Below are positions 45,501 through 59,845 of a stretch of DNA of 64,000 bases, in pieces. The notes below the pieces were generated by a model. The model was not told the DNA's origin, made no database searches, and saw only the letters and a list, made by a program, of their open reading frames with translations. The stretch lies in assembly GCA_002269645.1 (NCBI GenBank), contig NIVC01001840.1, positions 145,341 through 209,340 of the forward strand, written 5' to 3'. The DNA is from Macrostomum lignano. Its lineage: Eukaryota. The position numbers were made by a program, and so were the translations under genes. Each line of letters begins with the position of its first letter. The stretch's first letter is position 1.

Positions 45501-48500
45501 ACAATAGAGCAATTAGTTTCTCTCATATCTGTCTCTGCCAGTGCCAGTTTAGTCCATTATAGTAACTTAGTAAGTAACCAAAGTAAAATACCCATTGGCA
45601 TTAGTGGTCCATTTCTAATGTTTATAAATATTAAGCTTCAATTTATTTTTAACACAGTATGAAATTTTGAAAATTCACCCTAATAAAGGTTTGCACCAGC
45701 ATGAAAGTAACTATTTTGTTGTTGCAAATCGGATTAAGCAATCAAAAAAGTGTCTTTCTATGAAAAAAGTTCTTTTTCAAATATTTAAACAGGTTTACTT
45801 AAACACCTTAAAGTATAGTTAGTTTGGAATTAAATGACAGCGTTGAATTGTTTCTTCCACATTAAAAAAATTATAATGAGCACTTTACCTCAATGCAGTT
45901 TAAGATCATGATTTTTAGTCTTTTGTATATAACTTCCTTATTTAAAATGTTCAAGAATTAAAAATTTTCACACTTGTGTATCTTTGAATTGTGCATCAAT
46001 TGGTACATAGTATGTGTGCTTAACTATTAGCAGTATAGAAAAAATGCAAAAAATGTAAAAGTACATTTCCAATTTTAGCTTTTTTTGCCACCAAAGTGCC
46101 AACTTTTTATTAAAATTGAAAAAAAACCTAATAATGTTATGCATCTTAGTAAGGTGCACCTATAACCCTCAAACATTTTTAGCTCAAGTTTTAATGTGCA
46201 TGAGAAAATGCACTTTTGTAAAGACATAATCTTTACATCTGATACCCCTATTGCATCTATTACATCTATTGATAAACATTTCAATTGGAGCCTGTTCCTT
46301 TCTTCCACATTGAATCCATACAAAACTATACTTATTGAATAGATCAGATTCTTCTCTTTAAAATGATACCTTACTTGTGAAATTCACTCTTTTAGTTTTG
46401 ATGTTAGTACAGCAGTTTTTGTGAGATTTTTTGTCCATATTTTGATGCACACATCTCATTATATTTGTCACAAGCCAGACCACCCAATGCACTTTGCACA
46501 TTGGCTGGCTATTTATTCCTCATGCTTGGCACTTTGTGCCTCACGCGTTTGTTCTGCTCTGACTGCTCACCCCACACACAGGGTTGGTGGGTTTTGCAGG
46601 GCTCACTGGAGAACTAGCCACATTGTTTCCAATGTAAAAAACTGCTTATTCATATGTATTCCTGTATTTACACAAGTTTCATTGCATTGGACATTATATG
46701 TGCATATAAGCATGCATGTATGTGAATACACTGACTGTATGACTTACTTTTTGATCAAAAAAGCAACTATAAAGGAAGCATAAGCTAAGTTAATGTAATG
46801 TTTAGATAAATGATAGGAGTTACTATAACTGTATTATAAGGGCTAAATGCCTCATCAGTTATATAGTTTTACTTTTAGAATTCTTTGAATGGGAATTCTT
46901 ACAGCTTACCTTGGTTGGGCCCCTTTGCCAGCCAGCTAGATTGGCTTGGTGTTGGTGTTGCATCTGGATGATCTATATAAGGATGAAAGTGGTATAATTA
47001 TGGTCAAATGATTAAAATTCCATATATGACACATTATTTTTTTGAGAATAAAAGAAAAACTAGTAGTTGTATTTGCAAAGCACTAATGCAAAATAATCTA
47101 CAAGAAAATTGCTAAGAAATGACATATTAGGAATGAAAATCCACTGAATAATTCAAAAGTGATGTCATCTACAAGGGGTGTCCCAAAAGTTCCCGGAATG
47201 TCTAACGTAGCTGTAGCTCTTCAACGGAGCCATGAAATTTCACGCCCTTGGTGTCAAATGAAAGGAAATTTTGTCACGAAGAAAACAAAGTAAAAAATCA
47301 TGTTGATATCTGTTTTTATTCGGGAGCTGCAGCAAGCAACGTGCGCGAAGGTCAGGGGTAGTGTTACACAACCTCAAAAATCTATGGCAATGATTTTAAA
47401 CAATAAAACAGAACTGTTCATACCGTTGATGAATCCTTGGGACATGCACCAATTCAAAATTCAAAGCGAATCGTCAAGCTCAACCTGCGGCTTCTGCACG
47501 TAGTCCCCATTCAGCTGGATACACCTCTGCCACCTTGAAAGCATGCCGTCGATGGCCTGGGCAAAAACATTTCGAGGCATTTCGTGATGCAGGATGACGC
47601 GACGAGTGAAGTCTTCAAGTTCACTGCGGTTCTGGAACACCCGGCTACGAAGAATTTTATGGACCGTCTCTAAAGCGTTCGATCCATCCATAAATGGCAG
47701 TTTTTCAGGCTGTTCTCACCGTGGATGGAGAATAAGTGGTCAGAAATCTTGGCTCCACTCCATCCTACTGACCAAAGGACAAAAACTTGACTTCGCTGAC
47801 TTTCGAGGCTCTGAAGAGAACTCATTTTCGCAAAGAGATTTCAAGTTGAAAGCAAGCGCTTGGTAAGGATTATCTGCATTCGTGCAAAAGCTCAGATTAG
47901 CTTAATGAGAATTTCTGCTTTTTTTCCATAGACACTACCACGTCTTTCTGACACGTCAGTAGCACGAATTCAAAATGAAAATATCCAAAAATGGAGATGA
48001 AAAATTATTTTCATTGATATGTGAGGTTGTGTAACACTACCCCTGACCTTTGCGCACGTTTCTTGCTGCAGCTCCTGAATAGAAACAGATATTAACATGA
48101 TTTTAACTTTGTTTTCTTCGTGACAAAATTTCCTTTCATTTGACACCAAGGGCGTGAAATATTATGGCTCCGTTGAAGAGCTACATTAGACATTCCGGGA
48201 ACTTTTGGGACACCCCTCGTATAACTCGGAAAATTAGACCTTTTAAGGATAAGGAAAATGATCACAGTGCCTTATAGGAAAATTGCATTGCAGAAATAAA
48301 AAAAATGACACTAAAAGTGTTATGACTCTTTTATTATGCTCCTACTTGACCAAAATTCAAAAGTAAGGTGTCATTTTACTCATACAACAAATGTCTATCA
48401 CATGGTATCTAAGCAGAGGACAAATTAAAAAAATTAAAAATCTTACTGGACTCCTTAGCATAGGGAATAGGGGTTTTTAGAGTGGGGAGAATCTCTAAAG

Positions 48501-51500
48501 GGATTGATTTTATATACTTAAACTTCAATAGAGGCATGGGTTTATTGAAGATTAGGTAGATGAAATTCCAAGACTATAGGAGAAATGTCTCAGGAGACCC
48601 ACAGGCATTGGCAGGGGGTAGGCTGATAACCACCAACTACTGAGATAGGGAATTACTTTTAGGATTTTACTTTTAGGGTAGGAAGAATCTACATGTAAAC
48701 TTTAGTAAAGACATGGGGGATCTGTTAAAGATTACTTAGATAAATTCCAAGACTAAGAGAGGTATTAGGGGGGGAGGGGCTAACAACCAGAAATATCTAG
48801 GGTATGGCCATGGGAATAAGGGGTTTTAGGGTGGAGAGAATCTTTATATGGATTAATTTTTTATATACCTAAACTTTAATAGAGACATAGGGGTCTATTC
48901 AAAATTAGGTAGATAAATTCTGGGACCAGTTGGGGAGGGGGGTCCTATAAGGAAATTTCAACAAAGCTTAAATAAAAAATTCAGCAAGTTATCAAACATT
49001 TCCATGAAGAAAAAATTATACTCCTTTAAAAATAATTAATATCAGCAGTCGTAGTTATCTTTAGAATAGTCAGAGACAATGCAGATTAGTAGAAATTAGT
49101 ATAGGTAAACAAGTAAAGAATGTATGGCTGATAGTTGTTGTGACATGAGTACTAAGTATGGGTATGGGGTATTGAGTACTTTAGTCATTGTATTTATGTT
49201 TTAGTATATTCAATTTTGTATTCAACTCCCAATCAACTCAGAGCATTGGGTAACTTTTAATTCAAGCCAATTTGCCAAGTGTATATACTCTACGTGCATG
49301 CTCATTTAGCAATATAAATATAAAGCAGCAGAGTCAGCCAAGACTCTACAATTCTTATTCTCAATTCTCACTTGCATAAAACCTACACATTCAATATACA
49401 ACAGTAGTTACAACAATGAAAGAATGACAGCAAATCAAAAGTAGGAGGTAAAGTATGGATAGCAAACCATAAATCAGCATTTTTAAAAACACTAAACTGA
49501 TATTGCAGTGTTGTTGCACTATAACAAAATGAATAAATAAAAATTAATATAGACACTGTTTATTAGATTTAACATTCAAATCCTCTAGATGTGGCTTCAT
49601 CAAAAGTTTATCAAATTTTGGAAAATATATTGTTAAGAAGTTAAGATTCTAAGAAAGGTAAATTTTCAAACATTCTTCTCTGAAACAGTTGGTATCAAAT
49701 TATCACTAATAACATAGGTGATAAAAAAATCAAGCTTGCATTTACCCTTGAAGGTAATTTTTGGCCACTTTTGAAGACTGTCTAAATTTTAGGAGAAAAT
49801 GGCAAATTGGAAGTATTTTATAGACCTAAAGTTCAAGAAGTCCAAAAAACCATGTATATAACTTTGGCTAGTCCATTTTTATAGATATTAAACTGACATT
49901 AAAATTTATATAGCAGAATGGGGTGCCTGACCAAGGAGTAAGGGGTGGGTAAGTCATCATGTGGAATCCACCCGGCTATGTACATTTTAAACTTACTAGT
50001 AAAAGCTGATCAGCCAAAATTATTTGCATAAAAAAACTCAGATAAAAATCAAAGAATAAAAATGCCATAGTCTGAGTGCTATCATATGGCTTAGACCAAA
50101 TATGACTAAAAATTAAAACCCAGTAAATCTAGAAAAATGCTAAAAATGAGCCTTTCTCATTTAATGCCTCATGCCTCAAAGAAATTAAATGATTAATGCC
50201 TAAACTGTTTTATTGCCTCAGCATTTTGATGATCCAAATTATAAAATTGATTTTTAAAACATTTTTGTACATGGAATGTATAAACAGTTTATTTTTTTAA
50301 ACTATTACAATTTATCATAAATATTTTTATAAAATAACACATCATGAGTAAAAAATATATCTTAAAGATTAGTTTATAAAGTTATCTTGTATAACTGCTA
50401 AAAATTTTCATTCTATTCAACTTTTAGTCTAAGAGTTAAATGTAGATAGGATCATTAAAATTAAAATTGATATTGTAGATTAAAGAATAAAAGTATATGC
50501 CAGTACAATTTTGTCAAATTTGTGTACGTATACAAAGTTTTAGGTATTTGATACTTGCTTTACCTTACAAGCTTACATGTATAAAGCTTAATTTGTCTGT
50601 CATTTTATAATGAGCTAGTATAAATAAAAAGCTTATACAATTTTTTTAATATGTTAAAAAATATTTTGGGTTGGAAGTGCAAAGTGCAGTGCAGCAATAA
50701 AAAATTATTTTCATATTATCATATAGATTGGACTACATCATTTTGCATTTCACAAATAAAAATGCTTGTGATTTTGTAAAGAAATAAGTTAATGTTGTGA
50801 AACCAAATGTGATATCACTGTGACTTTGCAACTGCATTGAAGTAAGCTTTCATCAAAACTGATTGGGCTGGTGCAAAGATTTGAGAGTTTTTGTGTGAAC
50901 TCATTTAAGCCATACTTCTATGTAAGCCAAATTTACTTACATTTTGAACTGACAAAGAAATGTAGTTTCTTTATTAACGCCTTTAAAGGCCAACCCCCAA
51001 GGCGCAGTGAAGTGTACATGCCTATTGATGAATAAAGTTAGGACCGCTGTACACCCCCTTGTGAGTGCCTGTGCATATGACTGCGTACGTGGGGGAGTCG
51101 GCGGAATGTCGCTTGAAGTGCGCCAGGGTGCGCAATGAACAAATGATGTTATCAAACTCGTGAAGCTCATAGGTCTTGATGCTTTGATGAATTAAATATA
51201 GCCACTTTTCCCCCTCTTTAACGCAGCGACTTCATCATCCTACCCGGCTTCATCGATTTCCCAGCCTCCGAGGTAGACTTAACCTCGCCGCTGACTAGAA
51301 AACTAACAATGAAAACGCCGCTTATCTCGTCCCCAATGGACACAGTGACGGAGAGCACAATGGCCATAGCCATGGCACTAGCTGGCGGTATTGGCATAGT
51401 GCATCACAACTGTACGGCCGACTATCAAGCTAATGAAATCCGAAAAGTGAAAAAATATGAGCAAGGCTTTATAGTTGATCCCTACGTGATGTCGCCAACT

Positions 51501-54500
51501 AATATAGTAGCGGATGTGCTGCGAATCAAATCCGACCAGGGCTTCTCCGGCATTCCAATCACCGACAGCGGCAAAATGGGGGGCAAACTGGTTGGCCTGG
51601 TCACCTTTCGCGATATCGACTTTCTTGGCGAGTCCCAGTACAGCACTCCTATACGTGAGGTCATGACCCCGCTGAGCGAGCTGATCACTGCTCCGGCTGG
51701 CGTCACACTTAGCCAGGCTCACGATGTGCTGCAGAAAAGTAAAAAAGGTGAGTAAAAGTTGTCTTCAAATTGGCAACCTTCTCTAAAACTGGTTGCAGTC
51801 TACTAGTGGTTTAGAGCGTCGGACTCACGACGGAAAGGTCGGGGGTTCGTTTCCCGACCCACTCTGAAGAGTTTGTGTCCTTGAGCAAGACACTTAACTT
51901 TGTGCATTGCTTCAGTTCACCCAGCTGTAAAATGGGTGCCAGCATTAGCTGGGGTAATTGAGAGTATGTGGGACCCCTCCCCCCAGTCCCTGGACTGAAC
52001 AGCCGTACGCAGCCTTCAGATGCGCCGCACAATAGCTGCGGCTGAGCTGTCGGTTGCACATCTGCCCATTAGGGAATAATCTATATAGATTACTGATTTT
52101 TTTCTTAAACATTTTTCCGCCAGGCAAATTACCAATCGTGAACGATAGCGGCGACCTTGTTGCTTTGATTGCTCGCACCGATTTGAAAAAAAATCGCGAA
52201 TATCCGCTATCTAGCAAGGACGATAAGTGAGTATTTTACTATGATATTTTTATCGGGAATAGATGCTTATCTACAAATCACCAACCGTGATTAGTAAAAA
52301 TATGTCGAGGTCTTATTTGTCTCTGCGCAAATCATTTCATTAGGGCTAATTAATTGAGAAGTATTTTTGTCCAAAGTTTTCAAATATTAATCAATTTTTT
52401 ATCTAGGCGTCAGCTGCTGGTTGCCGCCGCTCTCAGCACCCATGCTGAAGATTACACGAGGCTGGAAGGACTGCTACAGGCCGGAGTCGATGCTATCGTT
52501 TTGGTAATTAAAATATGACTAGATTTTCTGCCTGAATTTATGCTTTTCATTGGTTCACTGAAATGGAAAGGAATGAAATGGACACAGACATCAGAGATGA
52601 AATGGACACAGACATCAGAGAGATGAAATGGACACAGACATCAGAGATGAAATGGACACAGACATCAGAGATGAGAAGGACACAGACATCAGAGAGATGA
52701 AATGGACACAGACATCAGAGATGAAATGGACACAGACATCAGAGATGAGAAGGACACAGACATCAGAGATGAGCTGGACACAGGGATCAGAGAGGAAAGG
52801 GACACAGACATCAGAGATGAGAGGGACACAGACATCAGAGATGAAATGGACACATACATCAGAGATGAAATGGACACAGGGATCAGAGATGAAATGGACA
52901 CAGACATCAGAGATGAAATGGACACAGGGATCAGAGATGAAATGGACACAGACATCAGAGATGAAATGGACACAGATCAGAGATGAAATGGACATATACA
53001 TCAGAGATGAAATGGACACAGACATCCGAGATGAAATGGACACATACATCAGAGATGAAATGGACACATACATCAGAGATGAAATGGACACATACATCAG
53101 AGATGAAATGGACACATACATCAGAGATGAATGGACACATACATCAGAGATGAAATGGACACATACATCAGAAATGAAATGGACACATACATCAGAGATG
53201 AAATGGACACAGACATCAGAGATGAAATGGACACAGACATCAGAGATGAGAGGGACACAGACATCAGAGATGAAATGGACACATACATCAGAGATGAAAT
53301 GGACACAGACATCAGAGATGAGAGGGACACAGACATCAGAGATGAAATGGACACATACATCAGAGATGAAATGGACACATACATCAGAGGTGAAATGGAC
53401 ACATACATCAGAGATGAAATGGACACAGACATCAGAGATGAAATGGACACAGACATCAGAGATGAAATGGACACAGGGATCAGAGATGAAATGGACACAG
53501 GGATCAGAGATGAAATGGACACAGACATCAGAGATGAAATGGACACATACATCAGAGATAAAAGGGACACATACATCAGAGATGAGCTGGACACAGACAT
53601 CAGAGATGAGAGGGACACATACATCAGAGATGAGCTGGACACAGGTATCAGAGAGGAAAGGGACACAGACATCAGAGATGAAATGGACACATGGATCAGA
53701 GATGAGCTGGACACAGGGATCAGAGAGGAAAGGGACACAGACATCAGAGATTAAATCTAAAATTTAATAAATAAGCTCAGCATATTTTCCCAAACCAAAC
53801 AGGACAGTTCCCAAGGCAACAGCATCTATCAAATTGACATGATTCGCAATGTGAAATCGCAGCACCCGGAGCTGCAGGTGATTGGCGGCAATGTAGTTAC
53901 AGCCGCCCAAGCCAAGAACCTCATTGATGCCGGCGTTGACGCCCTCCGCGTTGGCATGGGCTCCGGCAGTATCTGCATCACCCAGGAGGTCATGGCTGTT
54001 GGCAGGCCTCAGGCTACAGCCGTGTACAAAGTGGCCGAATATGCGAGACGATTCGCTGTGCCAGTGATAGCTGACGGCGGCATCCAGTCTGTTGGGCATA
54101 TTATGAAGGCTCTATCGCTAGGCGCTTCAACAGTTATGATGGGCTCAATGCTAGCTGGCACTACCGAAGCACCTGGCGAGTACTTCTTTGCTGACGGTGT
54201 CCGGTTGAAGAAATACCGCGGCATGGGCAGTCTGGACGCGATGGAGTCTGGCAAGAGTGCCGCCGTTAGGTTGGTTTCCGGATCTGTCTGCCTGTTTGCT
54301 TGCGTAATTGTTCCCTAATGACTTCCCCTAATGTCTTCGAGAATTGTCCCCTAATGACTATGAGAATCGTCTCCCCTAATGACTATGAGAATAGTCTCCT
54401 AATGAGTATGAGAATCGTCTCCCCTAATGAGTATGAGAATCGTCCCCTAATGACTGTGAGAATCGTCTTCTAGTGACTTTAAGAATCGTCCCCTAATGAC

Positions 54501-55632
54501 TATGAGAATCGTCTTCTAGTGACTTTAAGAACCGTCCCCTAATGACTATGAGAATCGTCCCTTAATGACTATGAGAATCGTCCCCTAATGACTATGAGAA
54601 TCGTCCCTTAATGACTATGAGAATCGTCCCCTAATGACTATGAGAATCGTCTCCCCTAATGACTATGAGAATCGTCCCTTAATGACTATGAGAATCGTCC
54701 CCTAATGACTATGAGAATCGTCCCCTAATGACTATGAGAATCGTCCCCTAATGACTATGAAAGTCGTCCCCTAATGACTATGAGAATCGTCTTCTAATGA
54801 CTATGAGAATCGTCCCTAATGACTATGAGAATCGTCCCCTAATGACTATGAGAATCGTCTCCCCTAATGACTATGAGAATCGTCCCTTAATGACTATGAG
54901 AATCGTCCTCTAATGACTATGAGAATCGTCCCCTAATGACTATGAAAGTCGTCCCCTAATGACTATGAGAATCGTCTTCTAATGACTATGAGAATCGTCC
55001 CCTAATGACTATGAGAATCGTCCCCTAATGACTATGAAAGTCGTCCCCTAATGACTATGAGAATCGTCCCCTAATGACTATGAGAATCGTCCCTTAATGA
55101 CTATGAGAATCGTCCCCTAATGACTATGAGAATCGTTCCCTAATGACTATGAAAGTCGTCCCCTAATGACTATGAAAGTCGTCCCCTAATGACTATGAAA
55201 GTCGTCCCCTAATGACTATGAGAATCGTCTTCTAATGACATTAATTTGGGGCTTGTGCACAAAAAATAGGCTGATGGGGCTTATATGCCTGACCGTCCAT
55301 AGAAAAGTTGGGGCCGCTTTACAGCCTGCAAACTATCTAATAACTGACAATGGTCGCCACTGAAACTCCCAAGGTATTTCTCGGACACGGACAATGTGAA
55401 AGTGGCCCAAGGCGTGTCAGGCAACATAGTGGACAAAGGCTCGGTGCTACGCTTAGTCCCTTACCTGGTGTCCGGCCTACAGCACGGTTGCCAGGACATC
55501 GGAGCCAAATCTTTGTCCTCGTTGCGCTCGATGACGTATAGCGGCGAGTTGAAATTTGAGCGTCGGACGCCCAGTTCGCAGTACGAAGGCGGCGTTCACA
55601 GTTTGCACTCGTACGAGAAACGCCTGTTTTAA
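42504..55632 (+). CDS. IMPDH: Inosine-5'-monophosphate dehydrogenase (513 aa, 6 coding exons)
   Basis: join(42504..42598, 51227..51747, 52124..52226, 52407..52503, 53803..54269, 55374..55632) = 1542 nt. All introns are GT-AG with matching phases. Motifs: [27 protein letters not shown] pair, DSSQGNS, catalytic [30 protein letters not shown] and the [14 protein letters not shown] end. Confidence 0.98.
42906..43168. mobile_element. Small MITE-like element with 37-bp terminal inverted repeats (IMPDH intron 1)
   Basis: ttgggtaatctttccttacccaaccgtaaattatttt (42906-42942) versus the reverse complement of 43132-43168: two mismatches. Confidence 0.7.
44495..44771. mobile_element. hAT-superfamily MITE, family A copy 1
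   Basis: 14-bp TIR catacatgcgcaac / gttgcgcatgtatg; 8-bp TSD atctgata on both sides. Confidence 0.9.
47172..48219 (-). mobile_element. Tc1/mariner relic with ~200-bp TIRs and TA target duplication
   Basis: TA|caaggggtgtcccaaaagttcccgg...ccgggaacttttgggacacccctcg|TA. The TIRs span 47172-47376 and 48022-48219. The internal minus-strand remnant [24 protein letters not shown] is a mariner transposase C-terminus. Confidence 0.92.
51791..52080 (+). mobile_element. Full-length tRNA-derived CORE-like SINE (IMPDH intron 2)
   Basis: A box tagtggtttagagc, B box ggttcgtttccc, then tgtgtccttgagcaagacacttaac...ttcagttcacccagctgtaaaatggg, resembling the MIR/CORE central domain. Confidence 0.88.
52572..53752. 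repeat. 24-bp minisatellite filling IMPDH intron 4 (gagatgaaatggacaca(g/t)acatca)
   Basis: Direct reading. It explains the MDTDIRDE pseudo-ORFs. Confidence 0.97.
54310..55240. repeat. 23-bp minisatellite filling IMPDH intron 5 (cccctaatgactatgagaatcgt)
   Basis: Direct reading. Confidence 0.97.
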
Positions 55633-58600
55633 TTAATAAACAATAGTTAACCGCTTCTTGTGAAGCTCTAACTGACTTGGGACTAAGTTTGCTTTTGTTA
55701 CACTGAGGCTAGTGCTTTGACCGTGCTTGGGAGTTGTATTCCAATTTCTTTTTTCCCTATGCCGAATTTCATTCCTAACTACCTGAATGAGAAACTAGTG
55801 TTCGCGCGTTGTTGTGTTGTCTACTGTGAGTAGTATTTTCATATCTTATTATGCTTTGAGTCGAGAAATTGGTGTATTTTCGTATTGTTCTTATTGTTAT
55901 ACGACTTGTTGTATTAGTCTTACTAATTAATATGAAAGTTACGTGTTAAAGAACCAGGTAAAGTTTGTTTACAATTGAACACTTGTTGGTCATAGTCTTA
56001 GGTATTTTGAGCTACTAGGTCAGTACCGTCAGTAGTATGTAAGGCTCTGATACTCAATAACCCGTTGAGAACGTTACCGTGACAAGAATCGCTAGAGTCA
56101 TTGTAAACAACTCACTTAGTAACTATGGTGATTCTTTTGAACGACTCAAACGACTGTTGTGCGACGGACAGGCGACTGTTTTAGTCACGATCGCATCACG
56201 TGAGTTGCAGAATCGTAGGAGTCGCAAACAGCCGTCCAAGGGTCGTTGAAACGCTTAACTTTGTACTGAGTCAAGTAGACTAAATAGATTAGTTATAAAC
56301 GCGAAATGCGAGATTTTAGTTCATAAAGTGACACAGATGCATTTTAGACGCAACTCAGTTATTCTACAAGGCGATTCTAGCCCACCCCAGAGTCGCTTCA
56401 GAGTTCAATGTTTTAATTAATTGAATTAGTTTTCATTAAACAATAAATAATGCTTGGATTTTGTTATAAATCTCTATAAACCGAATTTATAGAAATTTGA
56501 TTTGCTTTTGGCCTAAGTGGCTACAATTGACTAGTCTGGGCCAATAAAAGCATGCGCGAGTTCTTTTTTTACCTATTCCATTATAATTAATTATAATTAT
56601 TTTTTGCTACTATATCAATACATCCAGCTATGGAGTGCAATTATTATTTATAACAAACGGTGAAGGTTTCTAAGCATCATTTAGCTTCAATATCTATAAT
56701 GGAATCTTTCTTTTTTGTAGTTGCGCCCTTACTAGTTTCAGCCTGTGTTTTTTGCAGTTAAAGTTGAGAATAAAACTGAATCTAACGTATTGTAATTTAT
56801 GATTGGCTTTTTTGCTGTTTAGTTTTTTGTGTGCACAATTGAATCAACTCTCTTGAATGCTTTTTTATCTCTTTTTTGACGGCTTTAATTATCTGCATCT
56901 TATTAGTGAGATCTGACTCTCAGTTCCATACGATTGTCTTTGTTTATTATTTATTGCAAAATGAATTTTCTTTACCAATTGTTTCAATAACCCAAGCAAG
57001 TTAAAGTTAAATAACGTTTTTTTACCTTTTCAACTCTTGGTTACTGATTGATTTTTTTCAATAAAATAATTAGTTCCTAAAACATCTACGAGTATCAAGA
57101 ATTTGTTAGTGATCTGATTTGAAGTTTATTACAACTGAACTCGTTTCGCCATCTCTTGTGAAGCTGAATTTTCTTTTGTTGAGGTTTTTCGTCTTAAATT
57201 ATTTATATGTTTACTTAGGCAAAAGTCTTAGAGAAAGGAAAGCTCTTCACGACTGATGATAAACCAAAACAGTATTTACATATGGTAGTATTGTACAGTG
57301 AATCGACCTAGCATTTAATGAAATGTTGGTGTCCTCTAAGAAAGCTTTCCTTTGTATTTTATTCTGACCAGCTGACCAGCTCGTAAACCCGATTCCTGCA
57401 ACGAACTGCTGCAGCCTGAAATTTTCTACATTTAGTTGACACAGATGTGGTTAATAAGCCACCTAAAACTACAGGTATCCGTGCCTAAAACTATTTAACT
57501 TTTAGGTCTGCGTGTCATCTGAAAAGGATAGAACCTTGGTTTATCTCTGCTGCCAATACGCACTTAGGCATTCTAATACATTATGACCATAAGTCAGGAT
57601 GCTAATACACGTTTAGATGTTGCATGATTTTTAATTAATAGTGATTACGTTTAACCATTAATTAATAGTAAGTAATTGAATTGTATAGATTTTCTTAATT
57701 GTGTTTCTTTCCGTCCGACATTATGGGAAGTTAGATCTTAATTCAAAGTTAAGAAACTGCATAAAAAATAGCCATGTGAAAGGTGTTGTCTCAGTTTTCT
57801 TCGTTAAAAGAAAATAATTTGTCGGTGCTATTAAACACAAAATTCTGTTATACTGTTAACGTAGTTTCTCGTAACGTTTAAAACTGCTAAAATGCAGATA
57901 AAATCATGTCCCCCCTTTTTACATTTTTATCCTGTTCGTGTTCGTGGCCAGGCACCGGCCACTGAAATGCGGTCAAGTGATTGATTGACTTCAATTGGCT
58001 GTGATGTAAAATAAAATGACTTATTAATGCACTAAGAATTTCTTCACTCTATTTTTGCCAGTCCTTTTTTAGTGCAATATGGTCTATACATAGGCCTACA
58101 CCAACGATTTGCCATTTCGACTCATTTTCAACCAGATTTTTGGCCCATTTGGTGTCGTTTGGACTAGGATAACGGGTGCTAGTTTGAACTGCAGCTTTCA
58201 TATATGTAGCAAGGACTACCCAAGTAAGATCTAAAAACCTCGTTTCTTGGAAAAAATATCAAGCGGGTTTTTGTAAAAAAAATAGGCTTAGCCTTGCACA
58301 ACGAGGATAAGAAGTTTTCTGTTTTATAGCGCAGGAATTTTTATTGCTTTTGATAGCAGGCAGACCCAATTTTCACAATTTTCAAATGTTTAGGCATACA
58401 AGTGCACAAGTACAAACTTTGAGCCCTAGCCCTAGATAGGCCTAGGCCCCTATGCTTCTTGAATCTTTGACAAGACCACAGAACCACATTTTCATAGGCC
58501 TAGGCCCTAGGCCTAGTTAAACCTAAATTATTCAGTTTTTTATTGTTCTTTGATTTTGATCCAAGCTAGGCTTGCTCTAATAATCTAGATATAGGTTTCT

Positions 58601-59845
58601 TGTTAGGCCTAATACTAAGATAGTTAGGCCTAGGCCCCCTATGTTTAGAATCTAGTTTTAAGATATAATAATTAAATTTAAGATAGGTCCCTATATAATT
58701 TTAGTCAATTTTTTTGTTATAGGCTCTAGTAGGCCTAACTAAAGGCCTTGTTGGAATAAATTTTGAAAACCTAGGGATTTGCACTTTAGAAAAGAGTCAA
58801 ATTAATTTATTGGGCTTTAGGATTATTAGAAATGTTCCAAAAGAGATTTTTATGTCAAAATCAAAATTTGCTTTTTTTCCACAATTGAAACTGAAATTTG
58901 TTGTGTCTCTACACATGATCGAAACAGCCCCCTAAGAGCGCTCTGCAGTTATCGAGCCTAGAGATGGCGTCAGCCCATTGACCAGACTGACTCCGTAACT
59001 GAGCGTGGGGTCGCGTCGAGGTAGGGTAGTCAGTCCATCCCTGAGGTGTACAGTACCCACTTCGCACAAGGCCCAAATGAGTAATGAATGCAGGCGCAGG
59101 TCTTACTTTGATTTCCAATCTGCTTGACGATGGGCAAGGCAGCGAATTCATCAAATTTGTAGAACTGAGATTCTTGCCATTGAAGTTTGTAGGTTCTGAA
59201 GAGTGGTCTAGTGTCAGGCGTCAACCAGCGTGCTTGCCTTGCCCACCGCCAGCAATTCTCTATTTATTTGGATCGCAGTAAGCCCTAGGGTCTCACGCTA
59301 GACAGCATTATCAAAACCCAACTTATTGGCCAATCACCAATTGACAAGGCTAATAAAAGGGGGAGAAGGGGCCAGACCAGCCAATCCGGCTGGGTACGCA
59401 TAAAGAAAAGGGGGCAAAGCATAAGAGCTGATACACAACTGGGGGGGGGGTTAGCGCAGGCAGAAATGGGGGGGGGCTGACACAAACAGAATGGGGGGGG
59501 TGGTGCAGGCACGCGGCCAGGAAGGGTGGGAGTGCAATGCCGGGCGCACTTGACCGAGAGCCAGAGATTGCTCATCGGTGCAAGCGCACCCGGGCACAAC
59601 AAATTTTCCAAAACAATTTTAGAAAAACAAAGTTTAGTATATATAACAGGCCTTTTAGCTCTTTTTAGAAATCCTACTAAGGCCTAATGCCACCAAAGTT
59701 GATGAATAATCCCACTGGTTAACCACCAAAGTTGTAACAGGGGTTATTTCTTTTTACTGATCTTACTGGTTATTACTAGCCTTTTTACTGGTAGTATATG
59801 TATTTCTATTGGTAGCATATATACTTCTATTAGTAGCATATGTAC

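Noticed and set aside
51791-51865. tRNA gene (also 41437-41495)
   Set aside because: The acceptor stem does not pair, and the sequence continues into a shared SINE body, so these are SINE heads.
52615-53767. MDTDIRDE / MKWTQTSE repeat-protein ORFs
   Set aside because: They lie wholly in IMPDH intron 4. The flanking exons join in frame without them, and several frames on both strands are open, as expected for a 24-bp unit.
58430-59611. Clustered TAGGCCTA palindromes and short ORFs
   Set aside because: Low-complexity motif also scattered at 42.3-42.9 kb, with no period or structure. The ORFs lack motifs.
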